DNA of 63,499 nt, filler included, from Lenisia limosa (taxonomy: Eukaryota > Protista > Breviatea): assembly GCA_001655205.1 (NCBI GenBank). It is 10 parts of 10 records of this genome, joined end to end, with 100 filler letters (N's around TTAATTAATTAA, not from the genome) between each part and the next. Parts side by side here need not be neighbours in the genome. Positions count along the whole stretch, not along the records: positions 1 to 7,969 come from LPNZ01002359.1; positions 8,070 to 9,487 come from LPNZ01007599.1; positions 9,588 to 18,497 come from LPNZ01010301.1; 7 more parts are not named here. One strand, given 5' to 3'. The position numbers were made by a program, and so were the translations under genes. A model generated the notes under the pieces. It was not told the origin of the DNA. It was given only the letters and a program-made list of their open reading frames with translations, and searched no databases. This document shows positions 1 to 12,900 of the stretch, one piece after another. Position 1 is the first letter of the stretch. Each line of letters starts with the position of its first letter.

Positions 1-314
1 TAATATTTTCTCTATTTTTTTTTAGGGTCAAAAACAAACGAGAAAAAAGTGGATTAAGACGCGTCTCCAATGTAGTCCATCACTAACACGGGTATTCTTT
101 CTTGCTCTTGAACTTCAGCCAGATTTAAGGTTATCCATATAATTTTCTTCTTGTTTTAATTTAGTGTCCTCCAAGCAAAATCACGGGTGAAACCATCTTT
201 AAAAAACATATCATATATATTTATAACGGCCGCTGCGATATTTTTTAAAAGTAATACATATTCACATTCTACATTTATCTCTCTAAACACAAGACACTTG
301 CCTACTTTACTATC

Positions 315-1051
315 GGTACCAAAGGAAGTCACTATGTTACTTGGGGGGAGCAGTCCCTGAATGGTGAGATGAACAATAGGTGGAAAGAGATTGTTATCAG
401 CTCCAGAAAGAGTCTAGATGGGTTCACACTAAATATGAACTAGCGTTTGTGGAAACAAAGTGAGTTCTTCGTTATTTTGATGATAACTATCACATACATA
501 GCTGTACAAAGTTATGTAATTTTTCATACATGAACTAAAACTTCAATGGAAAATCTAAAATAAAAGATAACAAAAACGCTGACTACTGGGGAGACTAATT
601 GCAACACAATAACAACTGGTAGCCACACACACCTGCCTGAAGGCTATGTTGTCGGTTTGTTCCATCCAGGGTAGAACGTTACTGTAAAGTTAGAAGGTAC
701 TGTGAGATGCTATGAATATGGGACAGAGAAATGGTAAAATCATAATACAATTGCCGAAAAAAAAGAAAAAAACAAATATTTTAGAAATCATGTCAACGAG
801 TCATAATATTATTAATGTAAGTAGCTCTACATACAGCTCGGGGTTCGGCTTGACCGGCCTAAAATTGGCTTCATACTGATGCTCGACCTAAACGAGGAAT
901 AAGATCCGGAGGAATGGAGGAGGAAACTCACATCGGATTCGGTGGAATCAATTGATGACGGCGAACTAACTACAAAAACAGTTAAGCAAGAGCAAGGGAA
1001 GACTTACATGCCGAGAGACCCCAAATGTCTTTGTCACAATTGACTGCCATT
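315..1051 (+). pseudogene. Protein-like exon remnants with in-frame stops (unidentified)
   Basis: Runs such as TTGETNCNTITTGSHTHLPEGYVVGLFHPG*NVTVKLEGTVRCYEY and LGVRLDRPKIGFILMLDLNEE*DPEEWRRKLTSDSVES read through single TAG/TAA; no family recognised. Confidence 0.25.
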
Positions 1052-1252
1052 CTATTTATTTTTCATTTTGATCTGACTTTTTCTTGAGTTCTAGTGCAAT
1101 CTGTGACTAATTTTTCAGTTTGTGAGAGTTGAAAATGAATTACTGATATAGTAATTAATCATAGGGTAACGTACATGATTATGCACTGTATCAGTAGCAA
1201 TTTTCAAAATTTCGTTTTGAAAGCGCAAAACTGAGTTGCAATATACGACACA

Positions 1253-1720
1253 ATGGCAGTGTACTCTCATGTCAGTCATGAACATGCGAATCTCTTGGGC
1301 AGAGATAAGAAACAGACCCGTTTGTTTTTACAACCCATTTCCCTTATCCTATTGTAGCACCATGTGCCATTTGCTGCATTCTGTTATCAATATGGGGCAT
1401 CATCATGCTTTCGGCGCTCGGCTTCTTCTATGGCGAGGGAATGCTTACTTTTGAAAGCGGGGGAGGAGACATGAAACAAGTATGGGGCGTTTAAGCTTGA
1501 TTTCACGTGTGATAGTGATTCTTTCTTTCACCATGTACCCTTTTGAAACGCTTCATGTGAAGATTCGTTCTTAGCTGTGACCGGGTTTATATTCTGTTAT
1601 AATGTCCTTCACCGTAGTGACCTTGGTTTGTGTTCAGAGTGGAAGTTGTATTGGAGGAGGGGAAGAAACATCCCATATCCAATTGTTAGTGTATAGGTAT
1701 TAGCGTAACCAAGACCCTTT
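1253..1720 (+). CDS. Small membrane protein, tentatively RNASEK/V-ATPase subunit f-like; 3' part needs frameshifts
   Basis: ATG 1253, GT-AG intron ~1321-1358, then PCAICCILLSIWGIIMLSALGFFY resembles the first TM helix of RNASEK; the second TM-like segment (SFLAVTG/LYSVIMSFTVVTLVC) joins only with 1-nt indels in G runs. Confidence 0.35.
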
Positions 1721-2477
1721 GCTACATGCATGAACAGATTGGTGCACTCTTTGTTGACATATACAGGTCTCACTGGGGTGCTACCTTGCAGCGTTCTGTT
1801 ACCTCCTCACACTCATCTACTCTCTCTACAAAGTGGTTAGCGGGACAGTACTCTAATAGGCTTAGAGTCTGATTCAAAAAAACTACAATTTATGATTGTT
1901 TGATAACATTCTTAATTTGTGGCATACCTTTCATTTCGAAATGCATATATTTTTGGTGTAAGGAGAGAGCTGTGAATCAAAGATATATCAAATCGGCGGA
2001 GACTAAATATCATTTGAACGACTAAAATTTTATTTGACATATACAAGTTTATTGAGTCACATTTCTGACACTTTAGTACGGCAACAAAGGGTCGAAGGTT
2101 NNNNNNNNNNNNNNNNNNNNNNNNNNNNNNNNNNNNNNNNNNNNNNNNNNNNNNNNNNNNNNNNNNNNNNNNNNNNNNNNNNNNNNNNNNNNNNNNNNNN
2201 NNNNNNNNNNNNNNNNNNNNTAACCAAAATTTGATGCTTTATTACCCTTTATTTACGGAAATGTATGAATATGATGTTCCTTTTTTTTTTGTCTAAAAAC
2301 AGCTCACATAAGAGCAATTTTTATCGATATGATTGGTCAATATGCAATTTCCCTCTCATTTCTTTTCAAAAATAACGCTAATTACTTGAACATTTTGTAT
2401 GCTAATGGAAACAAAAGCATATACACGGGGTTGTGTGGGGAAATAAACATCATACGGACCATAAATTTGACTTTGTA

Positions 2478-4126
2478 GCCGTCGATCCGGTGACTATCTT
2501 TCGTTTCTCGGAGGCCGGGTGGGTGGGGGGCGAGGGGTCCGATTGATGATATATTATGGTGTTTTGGACATGACAGAATACGTCCGATGGTGGTGATGTG
2601 TTACTGATATATTGTCCCTGGGTGTTTGAGTATTGCACTCATACACAACTTTACGTATCGTATTTATACCCATTAACCCGATAGGCTGGTGGTCCAGCAA
2701 GGCCTGTCGCCTCCTGGCGTCTCTGAGTCTCATTACACTGGCGTGGGCCATTGTGAGGGTCTACTTCCTGATGCCTCTGCAGGATTCTGCTGCTGGCGGT
2801 AATAGAATGAGATGATGCAACCATTTCTGCTTTCAAACCTCTTCTGACCCTTTTTATTTTTATTTTTACATAATTGCGTACTAACTACTATTATTTCAAT
2901 TGTATGTGAAATATCAGATTTGTATAACTCTAGTTTTAGGTGTAATAGTACATTGACACCTGGTGGTATACGGCGCTTGAATAATAGGGTGCCAAACCGG
3001 AAGTAGACTCGGAGCACCATCCATCCATCATAAAACTACAAAACCCAACAAAAAATAAAGGATTTACCTCATGGTGCGTAATGCGTGAATTTTAAACACA
3101 ATAATAATAAAAAAAAACATTAGAAATCTTGGGAAATAACAGATATATACCATCTGACCCCCAGAGGCTTCAGGAAGGTAGTAAGACGGACGGGATCAGA
3201 TTGGATCAATACATATAGTATGTGATGTGAGTATTTCGTCAAGGCACAGATACAAGAGTATATTTAGGAAATGATATTTTCAATTTTTTTCTTCAAAAAC
3301 ATTTATTGTTCTTCTAGTGAAACTCTCAGTCATGTTATTTCGGACTGTGTCTGAAGAGTGTGATGAAGATGACAGTGCTGTATAAGAAAAAAACGTCAAG
3401 GTGAGAGAATATTGAGGAGGGGGGGGGGTAGAGAAGGCATCTCTTGACTTTCTCAAGGTATACATGTATGTACTTGTTCATATATTCAACTAAATTGGAT
3501 TATTTTACAGTGAACACAAGCATGATAGGGAGGGTGGAAGGAGCATAACAATAGGGGGACACCTTGTAGTGGGATGGGGTGGAGCAAGCAGTGCGTTCGT
3601 GACGGAAACTATATTGGTGGAACAATAATGCAATGATGTGTATGGATACACCACCAGTGTGGGCGTGGATTTTGCGATACAGCTCGCAGACCAGAGACAG
3701 TTTGAGTATCCTTTTCATTTCACGTTTTATTTGGTGAATTGTGAGGATATGATAATATGTGAGGTAATAAGTAGGTATTTGGTTGGAAAGTATATTGAGA
3801 CAATGATGTAAGTTGGAGGCAATTCTTCTTCGTTCGCAAATTCGCAATACAAAACAAGGCAATGCTTTTCATGTTTCCCAAATACAAAAAAGTAAATTAC
3901 TTTATTAATGTACTCAGTTTTACAGCATCACTCTTACATCCTCATCAGAGCCACAAATGTCATAACCACTCTCAAAAAGGTGCTTCACGATATCCAAGCG
4001 ACCTCTCCGGGCGGGGTAAATGTGGCAGGTGCTTTCTGTTATTTCGGTCAAAGCAAAGGTGAAGGGTGGGGTGGGTTGCGATTGTATCCTCAAATACCAG
4101 CTACAATAGTCCAACGTCATCAGTAG
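2478..4126 (+). CDS. Possible multi-exon hypothetical protein
   Basis: Several GC-richer blocks bounded by AG/GT within AT-rich DNA (e.g. ~2480-2520, 2575-2655, 2686-2800, 3560-3710, 3950-4126); no continuous frame or family established. Confidence 0.2.
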
Positions 4127-4189
4127 TGGCGACAATAAGGAAGGCAAAATATGTCATCAGTAGTGGCGACAATTAGGAAAGCAGAATAT
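4116..4189. repeat. 37-bp tandem duplication (2 copies)
   Basis: gtcatcagtagtggcgacaat(a/t)aggaa(g/a)gca(a/g)aatat at 4116-4152 and 4153-4189. Confidence 0.8.
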
Positions 4190-5195
4190 GTCCGAAGAAT
4201 ATCAAAATAACTTACACAACGGTTTTAAATGATAAAAAACTACCTTTTCAGTTCACTTATTCTACTCAAAAGCAGACTTTCAAAAAAAAATAGCTTAGTC
4301 TTATCGAAATCTTTCAAAAAATAAAAATGACTTGTAATGAGATGGAATATGTTGATATTTTTACTATTTTTCGGGGGTTCTGCACCAAGGTTATTGTAAT
4401 CTTCGTTGAAAAAGTTGTGTAAATATCATAAAAAGATTAAAAAAATCCAATGAAAGACACTACAATTCGCATGAATTGTATAATAACTGTTCAAAGAACG
4501 ATGTCTTTCACTCACCATATAGGATTCGTCACTTTTTCTTGAAAGATATTTGCAGCACAGTTATGCAAAATTGTATCCTGTCTTGTGAACAAGTTAATAA
4601 AAAAAGTACAAAATGATTCATTTTGGTCAATATTATCGTAAGAAAATCACATTTCTAGACTGAGAACCAATCAAACCACACCAATGTTGGAAAATACGAA
4701 GCTTTCCTAACAACAAACTTCAGTGTCATGAAAATCCAATGGCATATTTTAACTGTAAAAACACACAAAACATGGAAAGTGGGAATAAGGTACATGCTAT
4801 TCTAAAATAATATATATACAACTATGTGTAATATGTCCAAGTACGAAGCTAAACATCCAGTTCGCCCACGTCATCAGCACGACGAAAGTTGCGAAGGTAG
4901 GGAACATTGAAATTGGCTACGTAGCTGAGCGGAGTGCATTCCTGTTGAGTAAACCTGTTGTATCTTCATTTATTATGTCAAATTGTATGTCTTTGTTTAT
5001 CGTATGTATTACATGATTGTATAATGTAGCTATATCGATAGAGTAATATGTTATGATATACTAGCTACGATGATATACAATATCATATCCATAGTCTATA
5101 TGCTAGATATATCACACCCTACTATTAAAATATTGCTAAATGAATATGTGCAGTGGTACACCACCAACGCTTCTGGGATACTGATAGCATGCATT

Positions 5196-5363
5196 AGGAC
5201 TGAACCAGAATTCCAATTAAGAACCCCCAAAATTTCAATTCCAAATTCCAAAACTCCAACTAAAATTTTTGGATACTTTTTTGGTCATTTTCAAAATTTT
5301 TAACATTTTCTGTTGGAATTCTGATTCCAACTCAATTAGGAAAGGCCAAAATTCCAATGTCCT
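5196..5363. mobile_element. 168-bp insertion flanked by a 10-bp direct repeat
   Basis: AGCATGCATT at 5186-5195 and 5364-5373; ends AGGAC...GTCCT are inverted; interior rich in AATTCC motifs. Confidence 0.45.
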
Positions 5364-5612
5364 AGCATGCATTGAAGCAAGCGCAATGAATCATCCACAC
5401 TGTTTGACCAATAGGTCAAAAAATACCATCTTGGAAGCTTATACGAACATGTTATACTGGTGCGTAGTAATACTACAGCTTGAACCCATACACATCATGG
5501 CGAACCTACTTCTAATATAAATATCATATTTTTTTTATCGTAATAGATAAATATCATAGATTTATATATCATCATATTTATTTCATACCATTGCTTTTTC
5601 ATTCACCAGCAG

Positions 5613-6420
5613 GTTCGAAACTACCTTCATGCGCGTGGTGACTGACTCGATAGGGACAAACTCCACTCATTCATGCTTCCATCTTTGACTTTGGTTGTTA
5701 TCTGGAAGTTGTGAAGTACCTCATTGTCAAAGGTGCAGACATCAATCATGCTGATAATACGGTACAATGATAGGGTGTGGGCAAACCTACTCAAGACTGA
5801 TGTGATATCACATATATATGGGAGTACAGATTCTTTTAACAAAAACAAAGGTTTAACATCATATGTTGCGCCAATTTCAAGCTGATATTCATAAAAGCAG
5901 GGAAGAACTCCGATCAGACATGCAGCTGATAGTGGCTATCTATGGTGAAGTACCTCTTTGAAAATGATGCAAACACAGAACAGCCTGATCTAAGTGTAGG
6001 TGCACGCAAAAAAAAAAATATCAGGAGTACCCCCTTTTTTTTTTGCATTTATTAACCTACAAAACAGACTATGATTATAGTATAATATTAACTCACCCAA
6101 TGGTACAACTCGAAACCCGCTCATTCACAATCGCCAATTTGACACCGTCAAGTTCTTCATTGAGAATGGTGCAGATATGAACAGTGTGGATGTTATGAAA
6201 TGGACAGCTATCTTTTGCTGCACAATACTAGTGAATACAGTTGCAAAACCCTCAAAATTTTGCAAGTACCCCCTTTTGATGTTTAATCGAAATTAAACAG
6301 GCAAGAACTCCTTCATCCATTCGGTTGCGACTTCCTAAAAAATGACAATCTCCAAGTACCTTATTGAGAATGGTACCGAAGTCAATCAAGCTGACTTGTT
6401 ACAAAAGGGCGTAATAATCG
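5613..6420 (+). pseudogene. Degenerate ankyrin-repeat gene
   Basis: GQTPLIHAS...LEVVKYLIVKGADINHADNT, GRTPIRHAADSGYL/MVKYLFENDANTEQPD (frameshift), DTVKFFIENGADMNSVD, ISKYLIENGTEVNQAD, with stops and frameshifts between motifs. Confidence 0.65.
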
Positions 6421-7183
6421 TGTTGCTCTTCTTTAATCATGTTGTACTGATTAAAAATGAACACATTATTTTCTATTCTCAAAGGAGTCATTATCAGCAA
6501 AGTGGATGATGAAGAGGGGCCTGTTCCGACAGCAATACAATAAAGCCTGATATTCCATAATTAGCAAGCAAATTCTTACTTTTTGTTGGACCTAACACCG
6601 TACTAATGAACATTCTTTCGACTGTTGCATCGGTAGTTTTTTTTAAAATTATAGTTATGATCAAAAGGGGATAACAGTGGTCAGAGCGGATGCGAGATAG
6701 AGAAGTACGGTAGTGTAAGCCCCAATTTATAAATGGCATATTACAGACTCCCATTTCATGCAAAAATTAGAGAAAGAGGCTATACATAGAGCGAAAACGA
6801 AACACCTTTGTACCAACGGTGCCTTTCTGTATGCTGGAATTGTGATAAAATACATCAACATCATCAAATACAATACAATCAAAACATAACACAGAGAAGA
6901 AAAAAAAAGTTTAAACACATGGTATACATAAAAAAGATTTTCCTGATTTTCACATCTACTAACACTCAAGCCCCTATTCTTCTCGAATAAGGACTTGATA
7001 GATACCGCCCGCTAACAAGGAGCCCTCAAAGAAGGCGGTTGTATTTCCAGCTAAATTATTAGGATAGCAAACAAGTTAAATTACATCTCACAGAGAACCA
7101 GGGTACTAGGTTAAAGATTACTAACCACATCTAGTGATGTTTACCAAGCGTAAGTTTGGAAAAGAGCCCCCACAAACAAGGAG

Positions 7184-7545
7184 TTGCCTTGGCGAACTTT
7201 ATTGACAGTGGTCGAAGGAGAGGTTCAAGGTAGACCGGTGTCACTGGAGGGCAGAAATCTACCACGTTCTGACTTGGAGTCTTCTGAAACTTTGGGTGAG
7301 CTCATCATCTACCCTTTGATCGCCTATAACGGTATTGCTTTTGTGAGCTCCACTATCAGTTACTATGTCTATGGACGGCCTGGCTTACATTAGAAACTGC
7401 TGCAACCGTCACTGAACACACATTGATCGACCCTGGGTTGGAACTTTGCTCCATTAAAGAGGCAATTTTGGCTGCTGGTCCCCACTGTGGTGTCAAATCA
7501 CCAAAATGTAACAAAGTGTGTGAATACGGATACTCGAGTTTCAAG
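7184..7545 (+). pseudogene. Fragment of a possible extracellular protein, interrupted
   Basis: Frame ...LGELIIYPLIAYNGIAFVSSTISYYVYGRPG stops; a second frame continues ...GPHCGVKSPKCNKVCEYG; strand uncertain. Confidence 0.2.
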
Positions 7546-8013
7546 TAAATATCTAAAAATATCTTTTCCCTGTTTTGTGAAACTCAACAAAATTGCATTT
7601 ATTGTGAAAAAGTTCATCATTCCCGAAACATATAAAGTAGTTTTTTCTGCCCTTCTGTATCAATAATCTAGTTTAACAATATAAGCCAGCAGGGAAAACA
7701 AAACCAACCATTAAATATCGTGGTTTGGAGCTTTTCACGATACCCGCTAGGACCGAACCAGTACCGACACCCAGTCGCATCCTCACTGCGGAGTCTCCAG
7801 ACTTCTGCAGTTTCTAAATGATAAGAACTCCCAAAAGTTACAGTTCAAAGGAGGCGTTTATAGACTTATGTGGATAACCAAATTCAACCCACTTTATTAG
7901 CTTTTTTGAGCTGTTTTGGAAGGTTTGCAGCAAGTGCTAGAGCGGCTAGAGCAGGCGTTTTGGAAGTGTNNNNNNNNNNNNNNNNNNNNNNNNNNNNNNN
8001 NNNNNNNNNNNNN

Positions 8014-8025
8014 TTAATTAATTAA
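8014..8025. other. Artificial contig linker TTAATTAATTAA
   Basis: 12-mer giving stops in all six frames, centred in a 100-nt N spacer; identical at nine sites. Confidence 0.95.
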
Positions 8026-8212
8026 NNNNNNNNNNNNNNNNNNNNNNNNNNNNNNNNNNNNNNNNNNNNCCGGTTAAATATCGATATTAATCAAGGATTT
8101 AGAATGTCATTCTTTTTTGAGACCGTAGGGAAGCCCTAACAATAAGAAATTGATGGGGAGAGGGGGGGGGGGTTATCATGATACAAGTTTATCTAGCATA
8201 AATAATACGGTA

Positions 8213-8319
8213 GTATCTGGCCGAAGTCGTTCACACCAACGTTGGATTAAAGAATTAATTCACACAATAATTTGCCTGACAACTTTGTGCACAGCTTTCT
8301 GCGTGCCTCCCCAGCATAC
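8213..8319 (+). repeat. Dispersed repeat family B, partial copy
   Basis: gtatctggccgaagtcgttcacacca...gtgcacagctttctgcgtgcctccccagcatac matches 43023-43183. Confidence 0.85.
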
Positions 8320-8510
8320 ATGTTNNNNNNNNNNNNNNNNNNNNNNNNNNNNNNNNNNNNNNNNNNNNNNNNNNNNNNNNNNNNNNNNNNNNNNNNNNNN
8401 NNNNNNNNNNNNNNNNNNNNNNNNNNNNNNNNNNNNNNNNGTGATGGCTTTGTAGTTACTAACAGTTCAATAGGAACATTGTGACCCTCTTTTGACTGAC
8501 ATTTTAACAG

Positions 8511-9239
8511 GAACTTTGCTTGTGACGGTTGGCTCCCATCTTTGCTCAATTTCGCCCAAGGACTTCCTTCCGAACCATATTCGTCGACGTGTAGGGAGGG
8601 GGGTCTAATTAGGGCTTCACTTCGGTTCGAAAAAGACTGAATTTCTCGATAAATTGTCGAAAACTATCGATATTTACTGGTCTTTTCAAACCGAAGTGAA
8701 GCCCAAGGTATAATAGGAAAAGATAGAGAGAGGAGGGTGGAGAGAAGAGAAATAAAACAACTAGATGGTGAGGGGGGATTATGCCCACGACACCCTTAAT
8801 ACAACCCCCCGTATAGCTCATTAACGCTGGAGTGATGGGATGCGGTGCTGCAAGTGACTGGCCTGGGCTTTGNNNNNNNNNNNNNNNNNNNNNNNNNNNN
8901 NNNNNNNNNNNNNNNNNNNNNNNNNNNNNNNNNNNNNNNNNNNNNNNNNNNNNNNNNNNNNNNNNNNNNNNNNNNTAAATTTTCTAATTCAAGCGAAACT
9001 CAATGTCATCATCATCAACAACAACATCATCAACAACATCAACATATCATCATCATCATCACATTGTTACCAGATTGCGTCAACCAACTTATTGTGACCA
9101 GATTTCACCCTACGAACGTGATCGTTTCTTGCGGTTGGACCTGAGAGAGGAACCGACAGTGCCATTCAACATCAACATTCCGCACGTCTTGTCTGAGATC
9201 CCCGTTCCTCCGCCCCTACCTGCACTGCCAGTTGTCAAG
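8511..9239 (+). CDS. Internal exons of a probable WD40 protein (tentatively WDR97-like)
   Basis: AG/GT-bounded exons GTLLVTVGSHLCSISPKDFLPNHIRRR, LINAGVMGCGAASDWPGL, LRQPTYCDQISPYERDRFLRLDLREEPTVPFNINIPHVLSEIPVPPPLPALPVVK; first exon resembles the end of a WD40 propeller. Confidence 0.35.
8612..8704. mobile_element. MITE family A copy 1
   Basis: TIR gggcttcacttcggttcgaaaaagac...gtcttttcaaaccgaagtgaagccc; intronic. Confidence 0.85.
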
Positions 9240-9260
9240 GTGGGTATTATAGTATAAGTT

Positions 9261-9355
9261 GGGCTTCACTTCGGTTCAAAAAAAGACTGAATTTCCCGAT
9301 AAATCCTCGATAAATATCGATATTTTATTAGTCTTTTTCGAACCATAGTGAAGCG
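9261..9355. mobile_element. MITE family A copy 2
   Basis: Same TIRs and interior (gactgaatttcccgataaatcctcgataaatatcgat); ~20 nt after a splice donor. Confidence 0.85.
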
Positions 9356-9531
9356 TTAGGTATAAGGGGTATTTATATGGGTGCATGGATATGGGGGGGG
9401 GCTACATTTATGGGTGTATTTACAGATATACAGTGACCAGGAAAAATCTTGACTCATTTGCAATGTGGCTGTAGGGGGAGGTCTAAGNNNNNNNNNNNNN
9501 NNNNNNNNNNNNNNNNNNNNNNNNNNNNNNN

Positions 9532-9543
9532 TTAATTAATTAA
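9532..9543. other. Artificial contig linker
   Basis: TTAATTAATTAA within N spacer. Confidence 0.95.
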
Positions 9544-9977
9544 NNNNNNNNNNNNNNNNNNNNNNNNNNNNNNNNNNNNNNNNNNNNTTTGGTTCAAAGG
9601 TACAAATAAGGAATTGAATAATCTAAAACTCAAAATCAATAAATGAAACAAAATAGGTAGGGTGCTGACAATGTTTTAAATCCTGCCTCCACGATTAAAA
9701 TTCCATTTCTATACCTTCCAAGTTGTTGAAAGGTATCTAATTTGCGTTAAATATATTCAAATATTCAAATAATGTCCCACACCCCCCAATAGGGAGGAAA
9801 TATGGGGGGGGGGGGGGANNNNNNNNNNNNNNNNNNNNNNNNNNNNNNNNNNNNNNNNNNNNNNNNNNNNNNNNNNNNNNNNNNNNNNNNNNNNTGAGAA
9901 CAACAAAACAAAAAAAGCCCGTAAAGTAGAATAAATATTTCAGAGGGGGTGACCAGCAAATCCTGAGACAAGCCAAC

Positions 9978-12900
9978 CTGCATTCGATAGTGCATGTATC
10001 ACCTTGCCACATCGAAATCGTCGTGTTGCATGTCGAAACTAAACAATTATTCGTTTGTGTTTTTGAATCTGTACAATTAATTACAAAATTCATTTATTGT
10101 ATTTGATATATGATATATTTAGCAATGAGAAATAAACAATACGGTTGTATCTGACTGAAGCCGTCAACACCATCACATTTATAAGAGATACTGAATTCTA
10201 GTATCTGGTCGAAGCCGTCCACACCATCTCTTATAAAAGATAAGATATAAAGGCGAAACTAATTTTAGGTTACTGTCAGATATTGGAGAGTGCGATTAAA
10301 TTAATTTATAAGAACTCCATTTCATATTCTTTCATTGCAAATTTTGTCAGGATTCGTAACTTCTCAAAAAAATAAACAAATAAGAGAGCAACCACATTTG
10401 TACTAAATGACATCGGACTATGACATATCTATCTGTAGTATAGATGAAAAACATTCAAATATGGCCTTGTCCTACCCTTCATAGCCAAAAAAATAACTAT
10501 ACAGTGACTGGGATAAGTCTTGAACGATTTGTTCTTTGACTTCCCAAGGAAAATAGGTGAACTTATCCAGGTCACTCTATACGCTAGCTATAAAGTATAT
10601 GCTAGCTATAAAGAAACTAATGGTGTGATTATCATTGACAATAGATTATTTGATTTTGATCACACCTGGTTGGTACTGAGAAGGTAGAGAGACTGGTGAG
10701 CATTTTGAGAGACACAGCTGCGCTTCACCCATCTGAGTGGGGAAATAAGTTAGTTTTGACTATTGATACAAGTTCTAAGCTTCAAAGGGTAACATTTAAA
10801 ACATAAGGTGCGGAACAGTACAGCAACGTGATAATAACTTTAATAATAGTCAGTAGCTATATGAATAATGTTAGCAAAACTAAGGCTTCACTTCGGTTCA
10901 AGAAAAAAAAAAGAAAAAATATTGATAATTTTCCAGGATATATCGAGAAATTTAGTCTTTTTTTTGAACTGAAGTGAACTATAAAACACAACAGNNNNNN
11001 NNNNNNNNNNNNNNNNNNNNNNNNNNNNNNNNNNNNNNNNNNNNNNNNNNNNNNNNNNNNNNNNNNNNNNNNNNNNNNNNNNNNNNNNNNNNNNNNNNNN
11101 NNNNNNNNNNNNNNNTGATAAATAAGTGCTCGTTGCAAGTCGTGCACACCATTTCAGAAGAGCATGTACTGCAGCCGTCTGGGCACTCTGTATGGGAATA
11201 ATCAGGATTCCGCGCATTGAATTGAAACACTAATGGCAAAACTTGAAGCGAGATAAATTGTAATATCACTAAATGTCAGACAGTAATAATAAAATGAAAA
11301 TCTAACTGTGAATTAGGACTTCACTTCGGTCCAAAAATAACAGACAATATTGATAGGTTTCGAAGAATTATCGAGACATTCAGTCTTTTTTTGAACCAAA
11401 GTGAATCTTTAGTGACATAATAGATGACCGAATATTGAGTCGAAAAGATGAAAAAAGATATGTGAGGGTTCATCCCGAGTATTGAGTTTCATTGGTACGT
11501 GTCAGAAAATTATCATACGAGTGGAATTGAAGTATCATATCATTGCGTGGAAAAGAAGATGAAAGTGATCCAAAAAGTGATATAACCCAACAGTCAAACC
11601 AAGGTAAGCTAACCTCGACAAACCGCGTAGCCCTTCCAAGTGCCCAGGTATTCACCATCAGGGCATTTTGAATTGGAGCACAGGATATTTTCAGAGGACG
11701 TCTGAAAGACGACAATTAGGGCTTTTCTTTAGTTTGAAATAGGAATTTCTAGAATCCACGAAAATCTCAGACGCCTGAGTGAAACCAACGGTCCAAAAAA
11801 AGAGGTATTGATATTAATCGAGGATTTTTTCAGAAGACACCACCCCCCTCCACATAAGAAGGAGTCACTTAATTATTGACAAAATCACCAAATCTCTGAT
11901 CTAAACCTGGTGTTTCACTCCCTCAAAAAGTTCATAATCATGCGTTTTTCACCCCGCTCACCCTATGGTAGCCGAGAGTTTCATTGCAAGCAGTGCAGTG
12001 AATGCCGCTACACACACAGCCCTCCGGACACTCTAGAAATTGGTCACATTCGGCACGTCTGTTTCCAAATACAATAATTGATAATACATTCAAAATGAAT
12101 AATTGAAATGATAAAATAAAACTGTTTTTTTTGCTCAACAGAGCATAATAATAACAAATCATCATTTTCCGTGACTGTACAATCAAAAGCAACCCAATAA
12201 CCTTGGAGACAAGCGTTAGTGATATCTTCCCAATGCCCTTCATAGTCACAGGAGACTGACGAGGCGTGATGTAGTGTGAAGGTTGGGTCACATGAAAGGT
12301 CACAGGATGACTGCAATATAAGAGGGATGGTTGACTTTCACAATTTTTTATTTTTTTAAAATGAGAGAAATAATCTACATTAGAATATAGGGCTAGGGAT
12401 AACATAAACAAATTACCATGTCAAACAAATACAAAATCTCCAATAAAAAAAAAATAACTCAATATTCAAAGCGTAGATTATCATATGACATTTTCACTTC
12501 TCAAAGCCCAACCAGCCCACCTTCCAAGACAAGTCGCCAGAGGGGCAAATAAGAGTACCGTTACTTGGAGAAACAGGGGTAGTGTCACAGAGAATGACTA
12601 AAACATCAGGAAATGTGCCAATATTCCCTTTATTCCTGTCATCCTTATGTATTGCTTGTCCCATGATTGTATTTATATTTCTTTGTTACAAAAAAGAAAA
12701 ACTTTTGGTTTTCATGACAATATTCCCCAGAAATACATTTGCCCTTCTTTGGGAACCCTCGATTACGCGCAAGAGAAAAACACAGAATTTAGCCTTCAAC
12801 AAAATATTACGCATATTTTTTTGCTGTAAATGGCTCCTTAATCCGGTTTTATTAAGGTATGAAGAAAAAAAAAAGAGGAAATTTACTTACACTTACCCAT

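Noticed and set aside
560-1010. Alternative genetic code (TAA/TAG = Gln) suggested by two in-frame stops
   Set aside because: GCLC and NUP93 end in TAG and RPS25 and the CFAP52-like gene in TAA at the expected positions, and the 799-codon exon has no internal TAR; pseudogenisation or error is more likely.
8986-9065. Poly-His/Gln/Ser ORFs at 8845-9257
   Set aside because: The (CAT/CAA)n tract is an intronic microsatellite upstream of the acceptor at ~9074.
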